Positions 41,840-55,700 of a stretch of DNA of 64,000 nt are shown here, in pieces. Source of the stretch: Bilabrum cf. latius. Its lineage: Eukaryota. Position numbers and translations under genes: made by a program. The notes under the pieces are model-generated. The model saw only the letters and a list, made by a program, of their open reading frames with translations, was not told the origin of the DNA and did no database searches. The stretch lies in assembly GCA_965178125.1 (NCBI GenBank), contig OZ237776.1, positions 62,001 to 126,000 on the forward strand. Direction: 5' to 3'. How positions within the stretch are numbered: position 1 is the first letter of the stretch; each line of letters starts with the position of its first letter.

Positions 41840-44800
41840 TTACCACCTCATCGGAGGCTGGGCGAAGACCTCTGCGTCGAAAGCGTCACTGTACCCGGAG
41901 AAGAACATGGTGCCATCGGCCGTGCTTGCGATGCCGGTCTTCTTGGTAGGATCACCACCTGGCATGCACTCCACTGATTCGATCAGCCGCAAGGTGCCCG
42001 TCGGTAGGTGAACCATGTGAACCTTTGTGACTGAGTCCGATCTCGATTGCTTGGCGCAGAATGAGAGCACCTGGGTGGCAGCCGAGTAGTGCAGCGGGCC
42101 GTACCACCCGCCAGATAAGATCTTGGAGTACTCGATCGGCGGGGTTGTTTCAAGCACCTCCGGCGTAGTCATGTTGCGGTTCCAGAAGAGGATCTTGTGG
42201 TTGTTTGCGCCATAGGGCTGCATCCGGAAAAAGACGCCGAAGTCGGTGGCGACCATGTAGTACAGGTCATTGTACTAGCTGTTCGTCCATGAGAACGGGA
42301 TGAAGTCGACCTCACCTGTAGAGGGGCTGTAGGTCATGAGACCGCGGTTCGTGGTCGACTGAACGTTGTTGGTCCGGTTCATCGAGGGGTCGGTCACGTT
42401 CTCCCCGGGCATGACCACGAGCCCGTCGTAGAGTGCGATCGAGTGCTGCAGGGCCCCGTACTACGCGGCGAGCTCGGGGATTAGCTTCGATTCGCCCGTC
42501 ACTGTATCGACCCTGTAGAGTCTGTTGTACGACGTGGTACCGCCGGGGGTACCGTCAGTGTTGTACTTCTCTGCATTAGCTCGCACGATGATGTCGCCGC
42601 TGCCATCACCGGCAGGAACGGCCCCGGTAAAAAATCGATTGGAGAAGTCGGGCGAGCCGATCATGCTGACCGATCCATTCTTGGTGACGATGAAGGGCTG
42701 GTTACTTTTGCTCGGGTACTGCCCCTGAGCCACGAATGCCCCACCGACAATCTACCCTGCGTACGGGGACACGTTCTCCTTGAATCCCGCTGGGGTCGCG
42801 TCGATAGTCTCAGATGATCCGTCGGCCCAGTTGATCTTGACCAGGGTATTAGAGCCCGAATTCAACCACACGCTGCCATCGCCCTCGCCCGTGGCAGTCG
42901 AGAAATTGCACGTGACGGGCAGAATGGATGTCGACTGTGGGTAGTTGGACAGTTTGGTCCAGTGTCCAGTGGAGTTGAACCTCCCGATCACGTTGCCCTC
43001 GTTCGAAGAGAAGTAGGCGGCGATGATGCTATCATCCGGGCCGTTGCACAGCGTCCTTGGGCTAGAGTCACCGGTCCTGACAGGCTCGCCCTGTGCCTCG
43101 AGCTCAACCGTGGTGAAGGTCCCACCGTCCTCGAACGCGTTTACCACGGTGCCCACGGACTCTGTCGTGTCGGTGATGAAGTAGAACGAGTCCGTCGCGC
43201 CGTCGAAGCTGTTGCTGCCCACACCCGCGGCCTCTGAAAAGAAGTACGTCAGTGGCGTCGTTGAACTTGCGGCGCTTTGGAGCTTGGTAGCCGCAGTAGT
43301 GGTTCCATCCATCGTGGCTCTCGCTAACGTGTGTGCCCCATCTGCCTCCTTTAAAGAGAAGTAGACGCGCGTGCCAAGGCAGGCCATGTTGTTCGCTGGG
43401 TCGTCCTTGAATCCGCTGAACGCGTTTGTCGGCCCGTGCACGGACTCGCCTGCGCCCATGGTGACGTCTGCCCAGCTGGTGTGAGTGGAATCCAGCGAGA
43501 GGATGTAGTTTACCTTGTTGAATCTGTGCATGACCACAAGGTAGTCGTTGCATACAAGCCCCGGTGCTATGGACTGGATATTAGCCGGCTAACCAGCGAC
43601 CACCGCGGTGAAGGTGCCGTCCGACGGCTTGTAGCTTGCCAGCTTGGGCAAGTATGGGTTGTCGGCACTCGAATGCAGGTAGAAACGGTCCTGGAACCAC
43701 ATGAGGCCGCTCGCATATTTGCCAAGGTCTGTTTCCGCTTGAAGGTCGTAGCTGCCGGATGACGGCACGACGCTCACCAGTTCCAGGTCCGGAACGTTCG
43801 GGAGGGGTGCATTGCCTTCGCCGACGGCATTCTTCCTGCGCATCGCGTACAGCTCGTCACTTCCAGAGACAGCCATGCTGCGGAATTCGTTGTTAAACCC
43901 GTACGTGCCATTGATTCGCGCCTCTACGCTCAGCGTGTCGTCCTGGGGATCGAGCTTCATCGTGTACAGGCCCTGCATTGAGTTGGGGTTCGGCACCATG
44001 AGGCCGATGGCAGCCACCTGCAGGCCAGCCTGGTCATTTCCTTGGAACGCAGCCAGGCTTGATGGCTCCACCTTGAACGTGTCCGATTCGTCGTTCATCT
44101 TGATGAAGGTCGACGGCAGGTCTCCGTCGTTCTCTGGCTCGCCCCACCGCAGCTCCGAGGTGTCAGCGGCAGAAACTGTGAACACCGCCAGGTGGTAGTT
44201 GGCAGTCACCACCGTGACCTCCCTCCCGGATGGCGTGTCCGTGCCCACAATGCGAAGAGCAAGATCCCCGCGGTGGTCCCTGGGACCCGCGTTGGGCGCG
44301 TAGGTCCCCGTGATGAACGACTCGTTGTACGGGAGAATCCCGTCGTTCTTGTCAATGCGCCTGAATTCCGGGAGATTGTCTGGTGAATCGGGGTGGACGT
44401 ACCTGAAGTAGGTTGAGTCGTGGTGCGTGAACAGGGTCTTCATGCGGCCGTAGACGCCCAGGCTGTTCATATCCTTGGTGAGGAAGGGCGTCGCCAAGGC
44501 CGACGGCGAAGCCGACGGTGAAACCGACGCGCTCGGGGTGGCCGATGGAGTGATGCTGGGGCTCGGGCTGTTGCTGGGCGTGCTGCTGCTGCTCGGAGTC
44601 GGGCTGTTGGATGGCGATGCACTGATACTCGGGCTGTTGGATGGCGAGGCAGTGATGCTGGGGCTCGGGCTGTTGCTGGGCGTGATGCTGCTGCTCGGGG
44701 TCGGGCTGTTGGACGGCGAGGCAGTGATGCTGGGGCTCGGGCTGTTGCTTGGCGTGCTGCTGCTGCTTGGAGTCGGGCTGTTCGATGGCGAGGCTGTGAT

Positions 44801-45760
44801 GCTTGGCGTGGGGGTTGAGCTGGCAGTGCTCGTCGTGGAGGGGGACGCTGACGGGCTGCTGCTAGGGGTCTGCGGTGCGCGGGATTTGAAGACGGAACTG
44901 TATTGGGCAGTCAAGACCAATGGCGTGTGCGCACTGTCCAAGATCCTTTGGAATCGTGGCTAAGAGTGTGCAAGCAGGCAAGGCAGCACACACAACAGCG
45001 AGGTTGGAACCGACGAGGGGAGGGCACTCACCGTGTCACCACCGTCAGAAGTCGATTCGTCAGTGATTGGACCCATCTCGATGGCTTCATCGGGATCCTC
45101 CGACACAGTGATTTGCGCATTTGGCGCTGCCTGCTCCATGCTGGACTCTAGGGAGCCGTCGTCGACGGCAGTGGTCACGCGCTCAGCAACCTCGCTCGCT
45201 TCGTCGGCGCTTGATGTCAGCAGGACCTGCACTACGCGGCCACGCCTGCGCAGCTGGCGAAGATACTGAGTACTGCGAACATTTGCCGCGTCAAGGCGGC
45301 GGGAAGTCATCTCCTCTTCGATCGTGATCACCATGTTAGCCGCATCGTGGCCCGTCGCGGTCGCGGTGGCGGCGTTCATGGCATCTGCAACAGAGCAGTT
45401 GGGCGCCGTTCCGGCAAACTCGTAAACAACTTCCACGTAATGCGTGAATTGCCCTGATTGGACCGCGTTTGTTCCTGCCGTCTAGCATGCGCCCTCGAGG
45501 ATGTCAGCTTGAGCCAAGCCAACAACCGAGGCGTCGTCCTCGCCGCCATCATCCGCTCCTGTGAGCAACACGACAGCCACAATGATTGCAACAATAGCAA
45601 GTATCGCGCCTGTCCCTCCCATAAGAACGCATGTCGAGCACATGGGACGTTGCTTGGCTTGTTCCTTCTTGTGGCGGCTCTCTGGCGAAACGCGGTCTGC
45701 AGAGGCATTTTTCGGCTCATGCATGGGGTTGGCACCCCGAAGTTCAGGAGTGTCGTTCAT
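41840..45760 (-). CDS. Type II-like membrane/surface protein (~1280 aa): N-terminal TM, Ser/Pro/Thr stalk, beta-rich ectodomain; probable intron 44960-45031; 3' end uncertain
   Basis: ORFs 45482-45805, 44960-45436, 43589-44941, 42752-43537, 42461-42733 and 41840-42256 are co-frame, joined by TAGs at 45482, 43589, 42752, 42461 and 42275. TM segment AILAIVAIIVAVVLL. The terminal TAA at 41840 lies inside GTAAGT, so it may be a splice donor rather than a stop. Confidence 0.72.
44495..44870 (-). repeat. Coding mucin-like (S/T)PS repeat (SPSNSPTPSSSSTPSNSPSPSITA units)
   Basis: Imperfect tandem repeats visible in both DNA and translation. Confidence 0.9.
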
Positions 45761-46732
45761 ACTGCGAACATTAAAACGATTCTTTCGGGCGATTCTACAT
45801 ATCATTGAGTGGTTCGAGTATACAGCTTTGATGGAGCAGCGACTCGACGCAGCGCAGCTGATTCACTTCAACTCGCCCAAATACGACATCGCACCAACGC
45901 AGCGTAGAACATGTGCTGTGAATTAGGCATGATAACGTACTCACGCTACCGATTCTGAGGTGGTACGTCGTGTACTTCTGTGAAGGTACGCAACTGTGTC
46001 GATTCCCTGTCTCTTGGTTGGATGACCCCACTGGCACCGTGAGTCACTGGGGGGAACCCCGGCGGGCCCCGGGGCAAGATTTTCTTGGGGGAGGGGGGCG
46101 GCGGGTAGAAAGCAGATCCACACTCCCTTGTTTCCCTCACCTACAAAAACTTCGCGAATATTTTGGGATAATCGTTGAGATCACATTTCCAGTTGTACGG
46201 ATATGGTTACGTAATGCCGGTCGGCCCGGCCGGCGGGCAGTTAGAACGGTGGCCGCAGAGCCAGTAGCCAAGTTGCCAGCTGCCAGTTTCGCAATAAATG
46301 ATGCCCGCGAGTGCATCGTACTCAAGTTTACATGATTCTTATTTTGGGAAGGTGCTTTGCCGGATTATTCGGAGGAGGGAAGACGCTTAAGTTAATGCCC
46401 GAGCTGAATCCAGTCGACATTACGAATGCCGCACACAATGCTCAGAAGTAGACTTCCGTACATGCCAATCCATTGTGTTGGCAAAACTCCAGGAATAGCT
46501 GGAATGCGGCTGCTTTCCATGCGTATGAATCGCTGCTTTGATAAGATCTCATGATTGTCTCTCATTTCCAGCCACCTGAAGAGAGAACACTGGTTGCTAT
46601 GGGTGCTTTGCATGACATTGAGTTCATGCGAATACATGTGAACATCAATGCTCAACTGACCAAACAGGAAAATGCCTTATCGTTTCGTTTGGATGGCGTC
46701 GCAGCCTCCTGCGTCGCTACGGCACCTGGACA

Positions 46733-49700
46733 TCAGACGGGGCTCAGCCCCACCATGCAGTGCATCCTCTCCACCCAGCTCCCCCCGAACCCCATAGCAA
46801 TCAGGCTCTCGTGGGCCGCGCGCCCCACCGCGGCCTGTCCCAAGGGCACACCGTACAGGGCGCAACCCCCCCCCGTCTGCGCCAGGCAAACCCCCGCCGC
46901 CTCCACCGCAGTGCCCTGCACCAGCGCATCACCCGCACTCGTCACACCCTCCACAATAAGCTCCGCCCCTGCCCTGGCCCCCTCCAGCCTGGACCGGACC
47001 TCCACCTCGGCACGAATCGCCTCGATCGATGCCGCCATGGCCCCTGCCCGTTGTGCCCTCGCGCACGCACTCGCGCACTGGTCCTCAGAGGTAAAGGAGC
47101 CGAGAGCTTGCAGCCTCATCGCCTCTGCCTTGACCGCCAGCAGAACGGCCGTCCCGTTGGAAAGCCAGGCTTCCACCGGGCCGCGCCTCAGGCCAGTGGA
47201 CAGGTGAACGGATAGCTCGCGGCCAGCCAGCAGGTTCCCGTCGATGTCCACCACCTCGTGCGCCAAACCGGAAATGCCCTCGATCGCCCGAGCAAGAGCG
47301 TGACCCACGGATCGGAGCGCCCAATCCACCGATGGATGCGCGGGCGCCGGCCCGTCGGCCACCACCTCCCCACCGTCCCCGTGGTACCCCAGCCCGGCGA
47401 TGGCGTGGGCCATGATCTCGTTCTCCTCCGAGAGCTCCTCTCCGCTGAGATCCAGCGCAGCCAGCTCGTCGAGACACGTGCACGCCAGGCCATCAAGCTC
47501 GGCGCCTTCCGTCTGCTCCGGCAGCTCTGCGGGGATCGACGGCAGGGAGCCGTTGCCCCAAAGGGGCATCGATTCGCCCATCCTGAGCTCAACGGCTAGT
47601 TTTGAGACCCTCCAGTCGTCGCCTGGTGCGATCCTCGGCCTCAGCACTGTGTCTTGTTCCCTGTCGCACTGCAGCGCCACCTAGATCGGAGTCGATGATG
47701 CCTCACCGGGCACCTCCTCGCCCTCGTCGTCGGCTCCAGGGAACACAAGGGCGTGACCCTGCGACTGGGGCACCCGTCGGGCCGTGCTCTCCAGCAGCTG
47801 CATCGCATTGCGGGCGTCCTCAACGGCACCCGCCGCCGCGTCGCCCAGCAGATCGACCTGCCCCTGAAGCGCGTCAGCAACCGCCTGTGCCCTACCCAGG
47901 CTCGTCTCCCCGCCCGCCCAAGGCTCCGCCAGCAACACCCCAGGGGTGCCTCCGACGGCGATTGATGCCGCCCGCATCATGGCCTGCTGCCTCGACCCGC
48001 TGCCCAGAGTGCCCACTGGCCTCAGCGAGAAACGGTCCGCGCTCGCTGCGGAACTGGCGCCGCGCATCCAGAGGAAGGTGCCCTGTCCGCCGCTAGGTGC
48101 AGCACCGACGTGCAGTGCACCCTGCTCCGCCAGCGCCTGCTCCGTGATCGCCTCTTCCGTCGCAAGCTGGCCCTGCCCGCTGCCCGCCCCGGCTGCGTGC
48201 TCGATCAGGCGGGCGAGGGCAAGCGCGGTGGCATTCGCGTCTGGAAGGTGCGCGCAAGCCGTGCGGTTGGCGGACCTGCCCTGCCCGAGCAATCCACGCC
48301 CGCACGCGTGCTTGAGCCCAAGCACCTCGAGCACCTCGTCGTGGTCGTGCGCTCCGATGGCTGCAGTCCCCGACTCGGTGCTCGCGTTGGGTGCACCGCC
48401 TTGCAGCGCGCCGCTCTCCAGACCGGCCTGCAGCAGCACGCTCGCCCATCTAGATCGGACCGACGCGATCGCCCGGGAGTGGGCCGCTGCCGTGCTTGGC
48501 GCGGTTGCAACCAGCACGCCGAGCGACGACGATGATGATGACGAATGCGATGAGTGTGGGACGGCCAACGGAGCGATGGGCACCGCCGACTGCGATCCAC
48601 CGGTGGATTCCCTCGCAGCCGTCCTCCTCCTGGACTCGAGCTCCTGCGGGGACATGCCATTCAGCTGAGAGACCAGATGTCCCGGTGGGCTGGCTTGGTC
48701 TGTCAGCAGGACGGTGGCTCTGTACTGTTCCCTGTGGGCGGTGGCATTGGGCTGGTTGGGCGGGAGGGGCAGCACGGCAGGCGCTGGCAGGCACGCGGGT
48801 ACGAACCGTTCCGCGTAAAAACCTTGCGTCATACGGTCAATGACGCGGAAGCGGCCCAGCGGCACATGCGGCACCCTGAAGTTCCTCTGCTCCGCCCCCG
48901 GCTCTACCCATCCCACCGATGTGAAGCTGGTCACTAGCGAACCCATCACGCTGCGAGCGGGCACGACTGCCATCGCACCAGCGGGTACGTTGTTCGGGCG
49001 AGATATGCCGGCGTCACGGACGGTAGAAGCCACGAGGAGCTTGCTGCTGGCTGGTGTCCTGGCGCTCCCCGGCTGTGCCACCACGCTGGCGTTCCAGCCA
49101 CCCCCGTCGCTCGGATCGAATCCACCGGTGGACTGGCTGCTGGGCAAACCCTTGCAGGGCGCGCTTCCGGTATCGCACCCGGGACCCTCACCGAACCCGG
49201 TCGGCTTGGGCACCGCCAGCCCGGCGTGGCCTCCGTCTGCCAGCGGCACGGGAACTCGTCGCGTGCACGCGATCCACCCATCGGAGGCCCTGTCGTTGGT
49301 GCCGCCGCGCAGGTAGAAATCAGGCACCTTGGATGCCGCCGGATCGCCCTGCACTGCGCACCCCGCGTCCTGCATGTGGGTCTCCATGCACGTGGTCTCG
49401 TCCCCCGAACTAGCCGTTGAGCTTGCGCACGTGCCCGCCGATGGTAGCTGCCCCAGAGCCTCGAGCTCTGGCAGCCCGCTATCCCGCACCGAGGGCATGG
49501 GTTGCGGCCTGCCGTCGCACAGCCCGCACGCGGCTACCTCCGGCATCCAGTTCTGTGACGGCCCAGGGGAAGGTCCTGCTGCTAGGCTCCATGCCGGACC
49601 GCGCCTGTCCTCCCCAGCGGCGGGAATCTCCACTGTCTGCGGCCCGATCATGGATGCGTTGGACAGCCCGGGCCCGCCGGCCGTGGCTCCCACAAGCAAA

Positions 49701-52700
49701 GACCAGCGGTAGGCCGATTCGTTGAACTGGGGCTGGTGGGCCTGATCGCCCTCACCCGTCCAATCGACGGGACTCACGGCGAGGGCCCGGCCCAACTCGC
49801 TGGTCGTCAGACTTCCACCGGTTGCAACCGGTGGTGTGGGCAGCTGCGCGCCGCCCATGGCGTGCATCATCGGCTGCCAGCTCAGCGCACTCGTCACGAT
49901 GCGCCCGTCGGATGGGTCCACATGCATCGAGACGGTCGCGGCCGCCACCGTTCCGTTGTTCCCCGCCGGTCCTCTGTTCCCCGGAGCGGTTGCAACCAGT
50001 CCCAGGGTCAGCCGGCCGTCGGGCAGCCGGGCGGAGCCCAGCCCGGCGAGGGCAGTGCCAATGCGGGAGGACCCCGAGAGCGGCACGCGCTGCGGCAAAT
50101 CGCCCCGAACCTCCACGAGGTTCGCGCCAAAGGTTCGCTAGGACTGGCGCACCGTGACGAGTGCCACGGTTCCGTTGTTGGAATCCATTCCAGGGGCGCC
50201 GATCGCCAGCACGGGGAGGTGGCCGGTCCCGGGATTGAGACCCGCCACTGCGAGCGACGCGCCGAATTGCGCCCCGGCGGCATCGAACGCGCTGCCGGAC
50301 ACCGGTTGCAACCGTTTGCTGCCAAGGTACATGACCCAGTCGTTCCGGGCCCGCAGCGTCATCAGATACACGTACCCGGGCCCTGTGTCACCAGAAGATC
50401 CCGCGCCCACTGCGAGCAAGGACACACCCTCCTCTGCATTGTTGGGTCCAGCAGGCACCGATGCCAGTGATACCCCGAGCAGCCCGTCGGTCGGCAAGCC
50501 CTGAAGCTCGGCAGGCGCTGTTCCCTCGTCCAATGCGTCAGTGCTTTGGAAGAACCTGGGGCTTGCATCGGATGACATGGCCGCGAGTGGATGCCCGCCC
50601 TCGTCGGTTGTAAGGTGCAGCTTCACAAATACCAGATTGCCCTGGCCCGCGGCGAGTGGAGAACCGATTGCCACCCACACGCCGCTGCCCGACGGGCGGC
50701 CGTTGCTATCGACCGGCCGGCCAAGGCTGGCGATGGCAGCCCCGAAGCGAAATCCCGCGGCTACCGCGCTGTCCCATAGGGTCGCCGAGGCAGGCGCCAG
50801 GTCGTGCAGACCCTCGCCGAAAACGCGAGCCGTTTGGAACGGTGCCGTTGGAGTGGTCCGATGCAGTACTGCGATCCTTGACGTCGTGGGGCTGCCGGTG
50901 ACAAGCCACTGCCCCGCCGGGATCGATCGAACGAGATTGTCCACCCTGGTCGACCTGGCCAAACCCGTGGTAGGATCCACCTGCTCTCCGATGAACGCCA
51001 TGGCCGCACCAAAATCGTCCTCGGTGGCTAGCTGCGTCCCATTGGGATGGCCACCCACTGCAGGCATTCTCTAGACGGGGCGCATGAACCCAGCGAGACT
51101 CCTGACCTCGGGTGACAGCCTCTATGATGGGTCGATGGGACCAAGCTCGCCCAGCCTCTGGCCAGAAGTGATGGGTCTGGCTGCGCCCATCCTGCTGCCT
51201 AGCGGCGCGAGGTCGCCGGTTTGGCCACCGAAGTACTGCAGCTAGGTCGCATCGGGGGCCAGGGCATACGCAAACGCTCCGTCCCTGGCTGCAATGTCCT
51301 CGTAGACCACCGCCCCTACAGCACCAGGAGCCGAGACAACCATGCCCGGGTTGGCCGCAATCAGTGGCATCGCATTGCCGGGAACGCCACAGGCGGTAGG
51401 GTGTCCAAAGTCGTACAGCATAGACAGATCCCTGGGCAGAGTGCCCCTGTGCACCTTGGATCCGAGCCGACGGTTGTACAGAGCCAGCACCTGTGTCGGC
51501 GATGGGCCCGGTCCTGACCAGCCCCTTAGTTCTCCGATCTCGCCCATAAAAGATCCAACGGACGGCGCCGCGCGGCGAGGAACGTTCCCTGCGGGTTCGG
51601 CGTCTAGCTCGGTCCCGGCGGAGGGGTTCACGTCACATTCGCGTGCGTCCACGCCAGCGGGCCGGGCGCCGATGATCGGCACCAGGGTGATGTTCCTTGC
51701 TTCCGGATGCCTGGCGCTCGCGTCGGGCAGCTTGAGGGAGCCAAGAGGACTGCCCGCCGGTATGGCCACCCTAGTGGATCCACTCGTCACACCGGGGGAC
51801 TGTCCCAGCCAGGACGCCTCCGGCCACCCGTCCACGTACAGCCTGACCAGCTGCTGATCGGCCCGTTGTTCCCTGGGGAACACGAAAGCCAAGTGATGCC
51901 AGTGCCCATCGGCCACGGACCGATCCCCAACGAACCTCCAGCGAAGGTTCGCTGACATGGCCCCGGAGCCGTTGGTGGCCGCCAGCTCCAGCTCGGGCTT
52001 GCCCTCGTCGTCCAGCCCGAAGTGGATGAAGCCCATGCGGGAGGGAAGTGCAGCGCACGACGGCACGTGCCCGTCCACAGGAAGATTCGAGTAGATGCTG
52101 CCGCCTGCACTCGCCTCACCCGTCGAGCCAGCGCGCGAGCTGCTCCAGTCCACCGCCCGGGAATCCACCCGGACATGCGCCTCGATCGCGGACAGAGGGC
52201 CCCGGCCCTGAGGCAGCCCACTCGTCACCAGCACAGGGGCCTCTAGACCGTCCCTCCCCATGGGCGCCCAGCTGCCCTCGCCCTCCCTTTGCAGGCGGTT
52301 CTCCACGCGCCCCTGCTACCTCTTCCGGTTTCCACGCTGGGGAACTGCGCCGTGGCGCTGGGTCTCCTGCGTGACGAGTGCGCCGGACATGTTCTGCCTG
52401 GGCGAAGCGAGCTGGCCGGGCAAGGGTGGGCTTTGGGGCGCAAAGGCCTTGGAAATGAGGGGAGGTGGGAGCTGTCTCGCCGGTCCCTGCATCTGCTGCA
52501 GCACGGACGTGTCCAGTCCCGGGATCGATTCCCGGAGGCGGTCTACCGCCGTGGACCCGCAGACCTCGGCCGGCCCTTCGATGCCACCTAGGGGGCTGCA
52601 CTGTAGCTTAGCGGGCGAACCGACTGATACCAGACTAGCGGAACCACGCGTGCCGTCGCATTCAAACTGCGCGGCGCCGGGGCTGGACGGAACCACCTTT

Positions 52701-55700
52701 GTGACGTACAGCAGGCTCTCGTTCCGAAGGGACTCGTCGCACGCGGGCAGGTGAAGGATGGACGCGAATCCATCGGTGGATCCACCGGTGGGTACACCGA
52801 ATGATCCGATGTCGACATGCTCGAACATGGTGACGGCCCCTTTCGCAGACACGCCGGGTGACACGCCGTCGTTCCGCGGCAGGGCGAGGAGTGAGGGCAG
52901 CACCTTCAGGCCAGGCCTCTCGCCCACAGACTGCAGGACCGCGCCGATGAACTCGAAGGAACGTTCGCTGGGATTGTACGCCGCCACGTCGTTGAGCGCC
53001 GCGCCGTTGCCGTCTGTGCCCCCGAATATGATGACCCGCCCGGCCGCCACAACCGCCGCGTGATCCTTCCGCGGCGCAGGCAGCGCGCCCAGGTCAACGT
53101 GCGGAGCCCACGCCCACACGTTCACGTCACACAGTGACAGCTTCCTGTCGGTGTCGGAGAGCACGTCAGCAGCGGTCTTGACGACGAACAAGAACCTCCC
53201 CATCTGCCTGCAGGGGATTCGTTCCCGGTAGAATATGCCGCCGGGCGCCCCTTCGCACTCAAAATTATTAAACCAATGCGTACCGTTGTCTCCTACAAAC
53301 ACGCGGATGTGTGCGCTCAGGACGTGCTGAGAGTCCCACTGCGCCACCAGATCCACCACCTCCACGAACTCTGCCTGCTACAGGTCCACCCGCCAGTACA
53401 CGTCCACGCCTGCCGGTGTGCCCGAAACGGCGCACCCTCCCGCGGCGGAGTCTCCGCTCGCGTCACTGTCGAGGGCCTTGTCCGCGCCCGCGGAACCGTC
53501 GGAGAAAATCGCAGCCTTGCCTTTAGCCACCTCCACCAAGCCGTCCTCCGATTCGGTCCTGGTCCAGATGACGGGTTTGGCCGACTCATACGTGGTGGGT
53601 ATCCTGGGAAATGCCTCGATCTCGATGGACACGAGCTCGGTTGATAGCCCCAGCCGGTACAGCGTCACGTACCGGCCGATTATGCCCGGCTGACAGGTAA
53701 ACGTGATGGTGTTATCTGTCGGAGCGGTCCCAGCCGCCACATTGGACGTGCAAAGATCCACGTGAGTCACTCCGTCCCAGCTCGGATCCAACGCGCTGAC
53801 GTTCGACATGCCGCCGTACACGTCGGTGATCTGTTCCGAGCAGCAACTGCCCCTCCCGTACATCTTGATGGTCTAGATCTCGATTGCAGCTCCAAGGTCC
53901 ACCTGAGTACGGTCATTCTCCGACCCTAAGGTCCCGTGACCCAACTGCAGATACATAAGGCTGGACGCGGTGTCTTTCCAGCCGTCCGTGGAGAACGCAC
54001 CTTGCATGTCGCCGTTGCGGTAGGGCTCCTCCCTTGTGATGACCGGCATGTGCAGCGCCACGTTTATGCCACTCGTCAGGGCCATCGGTCGCAACCTGCG
54101 GACGCACCTCGAGACCCATGGGGAGCGGGTCCTGGTCGCTGCAGCCACCCACATGTTCGTGTTCGGCTGCACCTCGCCGCCGAACTGGAGGGCATCTCGT
54201 CCGTTGGGTGAGGCCACGAGGGGCGACCCCTTCAGCACGTCCACGGGGTAATCGCCGCCCAATCCAGAGCTCGGAAGGATCGCTCCTCTGACCAGGTGGT
54301 CAAACCCGTCATTGATCCCGGCCAGGATCATGCCTCTCTCGCTCGTCTCGTTCCAGAAGTGGTTCTCGCTGGTCTCGATCACCCAGCAACCCTCCCACTG
54401 TGACGATGGGGAGGATCCGCCGGAACCGGACTGTCTGCAATACGGCACATACGCTGCTTCGGCCCCACGCATGGGGTATCTGGCGCTGGCACCCGTGAAG
54501 GACCGAGGCAGTGCCCTCCACTCCCCGCTGCGGGAGTCCACCAGCACGATATCCTCTGAGGGTGGCGCCTCGGACCCCGAAGGAGGAGACGGACCGGAAG
54601 ATAGAGCGTCTCCACCCACGAGCAGGATCTGGCCGTTGGACCCGCTGCCTGCAATGGCAGTTCCCTGCAAGGTACCGAGGCCGGTTGCAACCGCTGGATC
54701 CTGGTGCTGGTGCATGGTAAGGTTGGGGCCACGGGTCCAGTTGGCTTCTGCGGTGGGGATGGAAAAGCATGAAAGGGGAGGGAGGGAAAAGGGTGAAAAG
54801 GGAGTGTGGAGTAGAGAGACACCAAGCTGATCCTACATGGCAAATCGGACAAGCATCATATGGCGGAGTATGACCCCCCCCCTCCCCCCTCCCCCCTCCC
54901 CCGCCAGCAGAGGACACGGGGGGCCAGCAGAGGACACGGGGGGCTAGCAGAGGACACGGGGGGCTAGCAGAGGACACGGGGGGCCAGCAGAGGACACGGG
55001 GGGCTAGCAGAGGACACGGGGGGCTAGCAGAGAAGGGAGGGGAATGCCCTGTAATGGCTACAACACACATATTCTCACCAGCGGACACGATTGCGAGCTG
55101 ATACGCATGAGACGATGCGTTCTTTAACAGACCAACACCGGTACCATCCGCACCTGCTACAACACGCTTGCTACCCGCAAGGAGGCCCATCCCGCCAGCC
55201 TCGAGCTGTCCATTGTCTGAAGCGGGCGGCCTCCACACGAGCTGGGATACAGTACCCTGGGCAGGGATGGGGGTGGGCGTGGTACTTGGCGTCGGAGACG
55301 TGCTTGGGGTAACGGACGGCGTGGGTGACGTCGAAGGGGTCGGTGATGGGGACGTTGAAGGGCAGGCAGACGGCGTGGGACCAGGCAGAGGGCCGCCCAT
55401 CGAGGCCACAAACACCGCACCGGCATCCGTACCGCCTGTGCTGTCGAGGCTAGCCCCGAAGATCAGCTCCGCGCGACCGTCGCCCCCCAGGTCCTCGAAG
55501 GCACCCGTCACTGCCCACATTGTGTTTGCATCAACCACGCCGCTAATGCCCTGCGTGCTGGTGTTGAGTACTGTGACGTTCTGGACCATGTCGACGGTGT
55601 CAGAGGTGGTGCAGCCGAGGTACAAGATGAAGCTCTTGCCCGAGTTAGACCCGCCAGTATCATCCTCCCACGCTCCCACGGCGATGTCCGTGATACCATC

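Noticed and set aside
41840-41842. TAA as a firm stop codon of the 41840-45760 gene
   Set aside because: It lies within a perfect GTAAGT donor consensus and may be intronic, so it is not used as evidence.
44960-44962. TAG ending ORF 44960-45436 as another recoded codon
   Set aside because: It is the AG acceptor of a probable 72-nt intron (GTGAGT at 45031 ... CTCTTAG at 44960), so it was not counted.
54903-55032. CRISPR-like array
   Set aside because: The 20-bp units are directly adjacent with no unique spacers, and the locus is a eukaryotic intron. The dispersed 12-mer also lacks regular spacing.
54309-55078. C-terminal part of ORF 54309-57677 as coding sequence
   Set aside because: It is a translation of intron and minisatellite followed by an off-frame read; splicing restores the frame into ORF 53873-54715.
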